This document shows positions 27,649-34,940 of a stretch of 64,000 bases of DNA, in pieces. The notes beneath the pieces were generated by a model. The model was not told the origin of the DNA. It did no database searches and saw only the letters and a list, made by a program, of their open reading frames with translations. The DNA is from an uncultured Nitrososphaerota archaeon (lineage in GTDB: Archaea; Korarchaeota; Korarchaeia; Korarchaeales; Korarchaeaceae). A program made the translations under genes and the position numbers. How positions within the stretch are numbered: the first letter of the stretch is position 1; each line of letters begins with the position of its first letter. The stretch is taken from NCBI GenBank assembly GCA_964594835.1, contig CAZQNA010000002.1:32001-96000 (forward strand), in the 5' to 3' direction.

Positions 27649-27892
27649 CCCTCATCTCCCTCACCAGCGGGCCGACCGGCGCCGAGGGCCTGACGGGCTC
27701 GAAGTCCACCTCGTAGTCGACCTCGCCAGCCAGGTCAAGGAGGGCCTCCTCCAGACCCGTCACAACCTCTTCCCTGAGTATCTCCTCCAGAAGCCGGCTC
27801 GCCTCGATCCCCCTCCTCCTTGCCGCGGCCTTGAAGGCCTCCCAGACCTCCTCGTCTAGGTAGACGCTGGTCCGTATCTTCCCCGGCGTCAT
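27620..27892 (-). CDS. Ribbon-helix-helix antitoxin (VapB/CopG-like)
   Basis: KIRTSVYLDEEVWEAFK..S.LLEE and LVREMRD tail; overlaps vapC. Confidence 0.85.
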   Translation of the reverse strand: MTPGKIRTSVYLDEEVWEAFKAAARRRGIEASRLLEEILREEVVTGLEEALLDLAGEVDYEVDFEPVRPSAPVGPLVREMRDARAGGVSG

Positions 27893-28012
27893 CAATAAAT
27901 TACTCATTGTATTACATTATTTAACTTACTCAGCAACGAGAGAGCATCGTCCTCGCTCCTATCTGTCACTTCGTCATCGCACCTGCCCTGAGGGACCTGC
28001 GGCTCCCTCACA

Positions 28013-28156
28013 CTACTCCCTCGGCTCAAACGCCTTGGCTGGACACTTCTCGACAGGCATGTCCGCCGGTACCACGTGCCCGAAGCAGTCCCCCTTCTCC
28101 TCGTCTATGGGCCTGTAATACTTACAATCCTTGCAAGTGTACCTCCTCTCACCCAC
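28013..28156 (-). CDS. 47-aa four-cysteine protein resembling the BssC/TutF (benzylsuccinate synthase gamma) family
   Basis: Manual translation MGERRYTCKDCKYYRPIDEEKGDCFGHVVPADMPVEKCPAKAFEPRE. GTG start after GGAGGTG, overlapping the AbrB stop. Below the ORF track cutoff. Confidence 0.75.
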   Translation of the reverse strand: MGERRYTCKDCKYYRPIDEEKGDCFGHVVPADMPVEKCPAKAFEPRE

Positions 28157-28415
28157 CTCGATCACCTCCCAACCTCCTCAGCTTGAGGAAGAACTCCTCG
28201 TCCTCTCGGAGCCTGCCCATGAGTTCGTCCATCGCGTCCAGCTTAATCAGAACGATGCCCGCGTCGTCTCTCCTCCTGAGAACCAGCAGCTGGTCTCCCT
28301 CCCGGATGTTGAGGTCCTCCCTGGCCGCCACGGGTATGGAGATCTGACCCTTTGAGCTCACCGTGACGACCCCGTAGACTATTCGCCTCTTCGTGCACTC
28401 GCCCCTCTCCCCCAT
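28149..28415 (-). CDS. AbrB/MazE/SpoVT-family DNA-binding protein
   Basis: VTVSSKGQISIP..R..L.I.EGD.L motif. Confidence 0.9.
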   Translation of the reverse strand: MGERGECTKRRIVYGVVTVSSKGQISIPVAAREDLNIREGDQLLVLRRRDDAGIVLIKLDAMDELMGRLREDEEFFLKLRRLGGDRGG

Positions 28416-28432
28416 GAGCTGGCTCCAACAAG

Positions 28433-28454
28433 TCTTACTTTTCTTACATCTTAA
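28433..28454 (-). promoter_or_regulatory. Putative AbrB autoregulatory operator (three TCTTA repeats)
   Basis: TCTTAC at 28433 and 28442, TCTTAA at 28449, just upstream of the AbrB start and overlapping an AT-rich TATA region. Confidence 0.45.
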
Positions 28455-28499
28455 GTTTATCGGAAGATCTTGACGGCCGCCCGCGCGTTGACCCCCTGT

Positions 28500-28613
28500 C
28501 ACCTGGACTGGCGATCATCGGCCCCATTCCTTCTCGCGAGAGATGCCGAGGAGGCGATTGAGAGGGACAAGGAACTGATTAAGCTGATAGAGGAGGTGCT
28601 ATCAGACCTCTGA
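28500..28613 (+). pseudogene. Possible HEPN C-terminal remnant
   Basis: ..ARDAEEAIERDKELIKLIEEVLSDL* resembles the last helix of archaeal HEPN proteins; no start or N-terminus. Confidence 0.35.
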
Positions 28614-28643
28614 CCCGGTAGACGCGTCAAGGGGAGGATATGT

Positions 28644-29510
28644 TCACAAGAGCATGTACCGGACCCCGTGCCTCCTGCAGGCCTCCCTCGCCAGCTTGTC
28701 AAGCCTCGCTTGGTAGCTGCCGGGTGGATAGGGGCTGGAGGAGAAGAGATCTCGGTAGGTTGCCAGGAGTTCCGGGAACCTCTGGGAGAGCAGGCCCTCG
28801 ACGGCCGCTCTCACATCCCCTGGGACGGTTAGGGCGCCGACGAAGACGTGGCTCGCCCCTGCCTCCGCCGCGGCCTCGATCATGCGGTCGAGTTCCTCCT
28901 CGCCGTCTGAGATCCCCGGGAGGACTGGGATGAAGGCCACCCCGGCGGCCAGCCCCTCCTCTGAGAGCCTCCTCACGACCTCTAACCTGCGCTCCGGCGG
29001 CGGGGCGCCCGGCTCGAACGCCCTCGCGGCCTCCGGGTCGAGAGTCGAGATTGAGACGGTCACGATGACCCCTCTGACCCTCCCCCTAAGGTCCGGCGGG
29101 AGGATTGCCCTCTCGGCCGCCTCCCTCAGCAGGTCGGCGTCCCTCAGCACGAGGTCGGACTTGGTCAGCACATGCACGGGGAACCTCAGGGAGGAGATCA
29201 CCTCGAGGCACCGCCTGGTCAGCCTGAGTTCGACCTCGGCCGGCATGTAGGGCTCGGTCGCCGTCCCGAGGGCGATGAAGCCCCTTCTGCCCGCCCTGGA
29301 CTCCGCCCTGAGCTGCCTCGCCAAGACCTCGGGGGCGTTCACCTTGGCCTTGACTACCCCAGGGCGCCCGGAGCCGTACTTCGTCCCCCTGGTGTAGCAG
29401 TACACGCAGGAGAAGGGGCACCCGTAGTAGGGGTTAACCGAGTACTCGTCGAGGAACCAGTCGTCCCTCCTCCTGTGCCTGTTCAGGACCGACTTGACCT
29501 CGACCTTCAT
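28644..29510 (-). CDS. Radical SAM protein, spore-photoproduct-lyase-like (Rv2578c-type)
   Basis: NPY.GCPFSCVYC (CxxxCxxC), TEPYMP.E, LTKS..V.RD and EPGAP. Confidence 0.9.
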   Translation of the reverse strand: MKVEVKSVLNRHRRRDDWFLDEYSVNPYYGCPFSCVYCYTRGTKYGSGRPGVVKAKVNAPEVLARQLRAESRAGRRGFIALGTATEPYMPAEVELRLTRRCLEVISSLRFPVHVLTKSDLVLRDADLLREAAERAILPPDLRGRVRGVIVTVSISTLDPEAARAFEPGAPPPERRLEVVRRLSEEGLAAGVAFIPVLPGISDGEEELDRMIEAAAEAGASHVFVGALTVPGDVRAAVEGLLSQRFPELLATYRDLFSSSPYPPGSYQARLDKLAREACRRHGVRYMLL

Positions 29511-29707
29511 CAAAGTCGCTCACCCGGAACTATCGGGGCCCTCTTCGAGCCCCGAATGGGGGATTCCCTGACCGGCGCACGGGTCTCTCCCCCTGACACA
29601 TGCCCTTACTCTGCTGCGAGCAGGCCGCACCGGCCCGCCCTCCTTTGTCTTAGATTTTCTCATGCCAATAAGGTGAGTGCGACGCGTTCCTGCGAGGTCC
29701 CCCGACG

Positions 29708-30040
29708 TTAGGCCTCCACCCTTACCCTAAACGATGGCTCAACCCCCCTCACCGTCAAGAAGTCCTCGTCCTTGGTGATCAGTTCCTCACCCCTGTTGAT
29801 GCAGGCTGCCGCCACTAGGAGGTCGGCGGCGCTCATGGGCTTCCCCAGCTCCCTAAGCCTCTCTTGGAGGCTGGCGGCGAGTATTTGATCCCTCACGGAT
29901 ATGAAGTATATCTGTCCGCGGAACTTCTGGTAGCCCCTTAGCGGCGGGTACTCGATCAGCGCTATCGAGGTGACGTTCTCCCGGATCTCGAGCCCCTTCT
30001 TGACCCTGGCCATGAGGGAGGATGTGTCCAGGATCGCCAT
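29708..30040 (-). CDS. vapC: VapC/PIN-domain toxin
   Basis: ILDTS, IEYP, DLLVAA and LITKD.DF. Confidence 0.88.
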   Translation of the reverse strand: MAILDTSSLMARVKKGLEIRENVTSIALIEYPPLRGYQKFRGQIYFISVRDQILAASLQERLRELGKPMSAADLLVAAACINRGEELITKDEDFLTVRGVEPSFRVRVEA

Positions 30041-30330
30041 CAAGAGGCCCCCTCCTCGACGCCAAGGTTGGTGATTCTCCTCCTCTCCCTCACCCTCATT
30101 CTCCTCTGAAGCTCCGCCTCGTCGGTCGTCGGCTCTTCTCCGGTGACGGTCACTCCGCTGACCTCTAGAAGGAGGTCAAGCTCCCTCAGCGTCAGACCTT
30201 CGTCCTGTGCCTTCATGTGGAGGATCTCCTTGACTATGGCTCTCCTGGCAACTTCAGACCAGTTGACGCTCCTGTACTTCTTCATCAGCCTGTACAGCTC
30301 CTCCGGAATGCTTAGCGTGATATTTGCCAT
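30040..30330 (-). CDS. Ribbon-helix-helix antitoxin
   Basis: MANITLSIPEELYRLMKKY..VNWSEVARRAI; ATG at 30330. Confidence 0.88.
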   Translation of the reverse strand: MANITLSIPEELYRLMKKYRSVNWSEVARRAIVKEILHMKAQDEGLTLRELDLLLEVSGVTVTGEEPTTDEAELQRRMRVRERRRITNLGVEEGAS

Positions 30331-30356
30331 ACGTGGATAATGTGAATTACGTGAAA
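30330..30356. promoter_or_regulatory. Three 9-bp-period direct repeats, candidate RHH operator
   Basis: TACGTGGAT-AATGTGAAT-TACGTGAAA immediately upstream of the antitoxin start. Confidence 0.5.
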
Positions 30357-30403
30357 ATAAAAAGTGGAGCTGAGCTTGGAGAGGCCTCCATCGCGGCGAC
30401 CCC

Positions 30404-31009
30404 TTACCTCCTCGATACGAACCTGCTCCCGGCAACGTAGAACCTCAGCGGCCTGAGGGCGTCCTCGCCAGCATAGTCCACCCCGACCCTGGGCCTCCTC
30501 ACGACTTCCCCGACCTCGTACCCCACGTCCTCGAAGTATATGGGCCCCTCCGCCAGGTCCGCACCGTTGTGCTCCTTCGTTATTCCCATGGCCTGGGTGA
30601 GCCTCCCCGGACCGGAGCAGAGCTTCTTCATGTCCGAGGGCTTCTCCACCTTCACCCCCCGCCTCCTGGCCATGAGCTCTATCCCCTCCCTGGGCTCCAG
30701 CGCCCTGATCAGAACGGCAGTCGGCTCCCCAGGCGGTCCGGCCACCACGTTCAGCAGGGGCTTCCCGTGCACCACGTACACGTAGGCGCGCCCGCACGGC
30801 CCGTAGAGGGGATCCATCCTGGGGGTCCTCCTGCCCCCGTACCCGTGCGACGCCCTGTCCTCCCTCCCGAGGTAGGCCTCAGTCTCCACCACTATCCCGG
30901 AGGTCTTTCCCTCTCGAGACTCGTGGACGAGCAGCTTGCCCAGGAGATCGACGGCCAGCGTCACCGGGTCCTTGCAGAAGAAATCCCTCGAGAGTCTCCT
31001 CCCCGTCAC
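30404..31009 (-). CDS. mpg: DNA-3-methyladenine glycosylase (AAG/MPG family)
   Basis: LLGK.L, IVETEAYLG.ED.ASH, AYVY, AVLIRALEP, GPGRLTQA and R.GV.Y. Confidence 0.93.
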   Translation of the reverse strand: MTGRRLSRDFFCKDPVTLAVDLLGKLLVHESREGKTSGIVVETEAYLGREDRASHGYGGRRTPRMDPLYGPCGRAYVYVVHGKPLLNVVAGPPGEPTAVLIRALEPREGIELMARRRGVKVEKPSDMKKLCSGPGRLTQAMGITKEHNGADLAEGPIYFEDVGYEVGEVVRRPRVGVDYAGEDALRPLRFYVAGSRFVSRR

Positions 31010-31077
31010 CGCGGCACGCCCGCCAACCGCACGAAATAAAGGATCCGCTACCGACTTCGCCGACCCGTGAGAGGTTT

Positions 31078-31842
31078 TTGGCAAGTCGCGGGCCTGGCCA
31101 ACCCGTGGGGACCCTGATCGAGAAACTGAAATGGGCTCTCAGTGACCTGATTGCGGAGAGAGGACTTCAGGACGAGTCAGTTGAGGTCCGAGCGGAGGTC
31201 CTGTCTCCTGACGAGGCCATCGGCGACCCCGGAAGCATGGAGTTCCCCCTCGCCCGGGGCGAGGAGAGGATGGTCGAGGCGACGGTCCTCGGCGCCAGGG
31301 GGCAGGCCTTCACCGGACACCCGTGGGAGTTCTCCGGAACCCTGGGCGAGGTCCTGAAGCTCGACGCCTCAGACCTCCGCCTGAGGGCTATCTTGGTGGC
31401 GACGTCCAACGCCCTGGTCCGGGCGCTGGGCCTCGCGGACAGGACTGTCCACTGCAGGGACAAGGACCCCTGGAGGTGCGCGGAGAGGCTGGCCGAGTGG
31501 GTATCCGGACTGGGCGTCGAGAGGGTGGCCCTGATAGGGTACCAGCCGGCCATGGCTCGCTCCCTGGCCCGGCCGCTCAGCGGGGCCCGCCTGAGGATAA
31601 CCGACATGAATCCCAGGAACGTCGGGAAGATGGTAGAGGGCGTCGAGGTGGAGCCCCACTCCTCGGACGGGGAGGCCGTCCAGTGGGCCGACCTCGCCCT
31701 CGTGACCAGCAGCGTGGTGGCCAACGGCACCCTCGACGACCTGATCTCCGCCCCCTCGGAAAAGATCGTGCTCTACGGCGTCACCGGGGCCTCCGCCGAG
31801 GCTCTACTCGGGTTCAGGAGGTGGTGCCCCCTCGGGAGGTGA
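31078..31842 (+). CDS. DUF364-family Rossmann-like protein
   Basis: A..NA..R..G, HC....P..C and VT.S..ANGT pattern. Start may be GTG 31105. Confidence 0.65.
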   Translation: MASRGPGQPVGTLIEKLKWALSDLIAERGLQDESVEVRAEVLSPDEAIGDPGSMEFPLARGEERMVEATVLGARGQAFTGHPWEFSGTLGEVLKLDASDLRLRAILVATSNALVRALGLADRTVHCRDKDPWRCAERLAEWVSGLGVERVALIGYQPAMARSLARPLSGARLRITDMNPRNVGKMVEGVEVEPHSSDGEAVQWADLALVTSSVVANGTLDDLISAPSEKIVLYGVTGASAEALLGFRRWCPLGR

Positions 31843-31919
31843 CCCCCGGGCGAACCCGCCCTCCCGGCCTGCGGGGGCTCCCTCTCAGGATAATATTTGA
31901 CCGCCCCTTCCTCAGGTAG

Positions 31920-32780
31920 ATGCCGGCCGGAGATCCAGCCGTCCTCGCGGAGGCGGCTCGGGAGCTGAGCAGGGGCAGGCGGGTGGCGCTCTGCACGGTC
32001 GTGGAGAAGGTGGGCTCAGGCCCCAGGGACCCGGGGGCCAAGCTGGCCGTGCTCGAGGACGGCGTCTTCGGGACCCTCGGGGGAGGGGAGTTCGAGAGGC
32101 TGGTCGTCGAGGCGGCAAGGGAGGCGCTCCAGGACGGCAGGCCCAGGCTCCTCAGGTTCAGCTTCACCGAGTCCGGCTCTCCCGGGGCCATAGACACCGG
32201 CCACCTGTGCGGGGGTGAGTCAACCGTGTTCATCGACGTGCTGGTGCCAGACCCGAGGCTCTTCCTAGTGGGGTCCGGGCACGTGGCCCTCCAGGTCCAC
32301 AGGGTGGCCCAGGTCCTGGGGTGGCGCTCCGTGGTGGTGGACGACCACCCGGAGACGGCCACGCCCGCGAGGTTTCCGGGGGCCGAGCTGAGGGTCGGTG
32401 ACCCCGTCGAGGGACTCGCGAGGGATCCGCCGGGCCCGGAGGACCTCCTCTTCATAGCCCACGGCGAGCCGAACGTGGAGTACAGGGTGCTGCAGTTCCT
32501 GTGCGGCCTCGAGAGGCTCCCGAGGTACGTCGGCCTCCTGGGGAGCAAGACGAAGGGAGGAAAGCTGCTGGCCAGGCTCAGGGACGAGGGGCTCGACTTC
32601 TCCAGGCTCAAGGGGGTCCTGAGGGTGCCGTCCGGCCTCGACCTCGGGTCTGACACCCCCGGGGAGGTCGCCGTCAGCGTGGTGGCGGAGATGCTGGCCG
32701 TGGTGAAGGGGGTCACGCCCCCCGGCTCGATGTCGATGGCAGACGGGATGATAGAGGCCCTAGAGAGGGGTTCGGATTGA
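31920..32780 (+). CDS. xdhC: XdhC/CoxF molybdo-hydroxylase maturation factor
   Basis: GSGPR.PGAK, GTLGGG.E, CGG, G.GHVA, YVGLLGS and P.GLDLG..TP.E.AVS. Confidence 0.92.
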   Translation: MPAGDPAVLAEAARELSRGRRVALCTVVEKVGSGPRDPGAKLAVLEDGVFGTLGGGEFERLVVEAAREALQDGRPRLLRFSFTESGSPGAIDTGHLCGGESTVFIDVLVPDPRLFLVGSGHVALQVHRVAQVLGWRSVVVDDHPETATPARFPGAELRVGDPVEGLARDPPGPEDLLFIAHGEPNVEYRVLQFLCGLERLPRYVGLLGSKTKGGKLLARLRDEGLDFSRLKGVLRVPSGLDLGSDTPGEVAVSVVAEMLAVVKGVTPPGSMSMADGMIEALERGSD

Positions 32781-34036
32781 GCCTCAGGGAGAAGCTGTTC
32801 AGGTACTCCCCGCTCGACGAGGCCCTCGACGCCCTCCTGTCCAGGGCCCGGCCGACGGAGGTGGAGGAGGTCCCCCTACCGGAGGCCGTCGGGAGGGTCT
32901 CTGCGGAGGACCTGAGGGCCCCCTGGGACGTCCCCAGGAGGCCCACGTCCCTCTTCGACGGGTACGCGGTCTCGTCGGCCGACACCTCGGAGGCGGGACC
33001 CTCGAGCCCCGTGAGGCTTCGGGTGACGGGGGAGGTTCGGATAGGCGAGGATCCGGGTCGCCTGGATCCGGGTTGCGCCGTCTACGTGGCGACCGACGCG
33101 TACCTGCCCGAGGGGGCCGACGCCGTCATTCCGGTGGAGTCGGTCCCGCTGGAGGGAGATCGAATAGTCGTGAGGACCCCGATCCGCCCGGGGAAGAACG
33201 TTCTCCCGGCCGGGGCCGACGTGAGGGCTGGGCAGGTGGTGCTCAGGTCCGGCGAGCGGGTGGAGCCCAGGCACCTTGACCTGCTGGCCGACCTGGGGTT
33301 CCACAGGATCAGGGTGGCGAGGAGGCCGAGGGTGGCCGTAGTGCCGGTCGGCAGCGAGCTGAGCTACTCCCCCGGCGAGTCCGGCGGGTTGGGAAGGAAG
33401 CTGGAGGTCAGGCACGCTGTGGTGGGGGAGGCCGTCAGGCGAAACGGGGGAGAGCCCCTGAGGATGCCGATCGCCCCAGACGACCCGGGCGAGATAGGGG
33501 AGATCCTTCGGCGAGCCCTGAGCGAGGCCGACGTCGTCGTCACGGTGGGCGGGACGTCGATCGGCCGGTGGGACTACGTGTGGACGACCCTCAAGTCGAT
33601 GGACGGATTCGAGCCCGCGTTTCGGGGGCTCAGGCTCAAGCCGGGGCGGGTGACGAGCGCGGCGTTCGTCGGGGGGAAGCCCGTGGTCTTGCTCGCCGGC
33701 CACTACCAGTCCATGATCGTGGGCCTGGTCTACGTTCTCCTCCCCCTGGTGAGGGCGATGGTCGGCCTCCCGCCGGAGGCGAGGGTCGAGGTCGGTTGGG
33801 GGAGGCTGAGGGACTCGGTGGGTGACGAGAGGTACGCCCCCTTCAGGAGGATCGCGTTCGCGAGGCTGGAGGGGGAGGAGGTGATCCCGCTGAAGACGCC
33901 GAGCTTCTGCCGCCGGCCCGTCGTGGAGTCCGACGGATTCATAGAGATCCCGGAGGGGGTCGAGAGGCTGGAGGCCGGCGAGGAGGTGGTGGTCTACGCC
34001 GGGAGAGGGCTCTGGGGAGAGGGGTTCCGAGCCTGA
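32777..34036 (+). CDS. moeA: Molybdopterin molybdotransferase
   Basis: GRV.AEDL.A..D.P, DGYAV, P.GADAV..E, G.EL, GG.S.G..D and KPG. Confidence 0.9.
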   Translation: MSLREKLFRYSPLDEALDALLSRARPTEVEEVPLPEAVGRVSAEDLRAPWDVPRRPTSLFDGYAVSSADTSEAGPSSPVRLRVTGEVRIGEDPGRLDPGCAVYVATDAYLPEGADAVIPVESVPLEGDRIVVRTPIRPGKNVLPAGADVRAGQVVLRSGERVEPRHLDLLADLGFHRIRVARRPRVAVVPVGSELSYSPGESGGLGRKLEVRHAVVGEAVRRNGGEPLRMPIAPDDPGEIGEILRRALSEADVVVTVGGTSIGRWDYVWTTLKSMDGFEPAFRGLRLKPGRVTSAAFVGGKPVVLLAGHYQSMIVGLVYVLLPLVRAMVGLPPEARVEVGWGRLRDSVGDERYAPFRRIAFARLEGEEVIPLKTPSFCRRPVVESDGFIEIPEGVERLEAGEEVVVYAGRGLWGEGFRA

Positions 34037-34037
34037 G

Positions 34038-34661
34038 GTGCCCAGGGTCTCGCTGGTGGTGCTCGCCGCTGGCGAGTCCAGGAGGTTCGAGGCCGGGAAC
34101 AAGCTGCTCTTCAGGGTCGGGGGCAAGTCCCTCATAAGGAGGGTCGTGGAGACGGCCCTCGCGTCCCTCGCGTCGGAGGTCATCGTGGTCACCGGGTATC
34201 AGGCGGAGCTGGTGGAGGTCGAGATCTCCGACTTGCGGGACGAGAGGCTGCGGGTCGTCAGGAACCCGGAGTACCGGGGGGGCATGTCCAGCTCCGTGAG
34301 GGTGGGCGTGGCCTCCGCCTCCCCGAACTCGGAGGCCGTGGCCATACTCCCGGCCGACGTGGCGTTCATCTCACCCCGGGCGATCGACAAGGTCATACTG
34401 GCCTACGCCCGCGGCAGGCCGAGGATAGCCGTGGCGTCCCACGCCGGGAGGTCGGGTCACCCCATCCTGTTCGACCGCTCCCTCATCCCCGAGATCCTCG
34501 GGATCGAAGAGGCCACGATGGGGCTGAAGGCCGTGGTCCGAAGGCACCGAGGAGAGATTCTGAGGGTTCCCGTTGGAGAGGAGGAGGTCCTGGTGGACGT
34601 GGACCGGCTTGAGGACCTCGAGCGGGTCGGTAGACCGGCCGAGGGCGATCCCTCCAGCTGA
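34038..34661 (+). CDS. mocA: Molybdenum cofactor cytidylyltransferase
   Basis: LAAGES.RF..NKLL, N..Y..GMSSS, GHPILF and DVD..ED. Confidence 0.88.
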   Translation: MPRVSLVVLAAGESRRFEAGNKLLFRVGGKSLIRRVVETALASLASEVIVVTGYQAELVEVEISDLRDERLRVVRNPEYRGGMSSSVRVGVASASPNSEAVAILPADVAFISPRAIDKVILAYARGRPRIAVASHAGRSGHPILFDRSLIPEILGIEEATMGLKAVVRRHRGEILRVPVGEEEVLVDVDRLEDLERVGRPAEGDPSS

Positions 34662-34930
34662 GTCCGCAGAGACCCACCCGATATTGGCGGGAACACCACG
34701 AGCTCGTCTCCGTCCCTTAGCTCGTCCTCTAGAGAGACCTGAAGCCCGTCCCTGGCGACCCAGTAGGCGTATCCCATCAGGGCCCTCATCCTCCTCAGCG
34801 CCCCCGGGAACATCCTGACAAGCTCCTCCACGGCGTGCCCCACCCTGGCCCCGTCGAGCAGCTCCAGAGTGACCTCACTCACGCCGACGCGGTGCCCCAG
34901 TACGGCGTAGAAGCGCACCCTGACCCTCAT
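34457..34930 (-). CDS. moaD: MoaD/ThiS/SAMP ubiquitin-like protein with read-through extension after GG
   Basis: MRVRVRFYA..L.DGDE..FPPISGG; GG ends at 34673, then 71 more residues antisense to mocA. Confidence 0.8.
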   Translation of the reverse strand: MRVRVRFYAVLGHRVGVSEVTLELLDGARVGHAVEELVRMFPGALRRMRALMGYAYWVARDGLQVSLEDELRDGDELVVFPPISGGSLRTQLEGSPSAGLPTRSRSSSRSTSTRTSSSPTGTLRISPRCLRTTAFSPIVASSIPRISGMRERSNRMG

Positions 34931-34940
34931 CACACGGGGA

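Noticed and set aside
29514-29707. Small minus-strand ORF and TCGGGGC/GCCCCGA hairpin upstream of the radical SAM gene
   Set aside because: No recognisable protein features; a 7-bp GC stem is expected by chance here.
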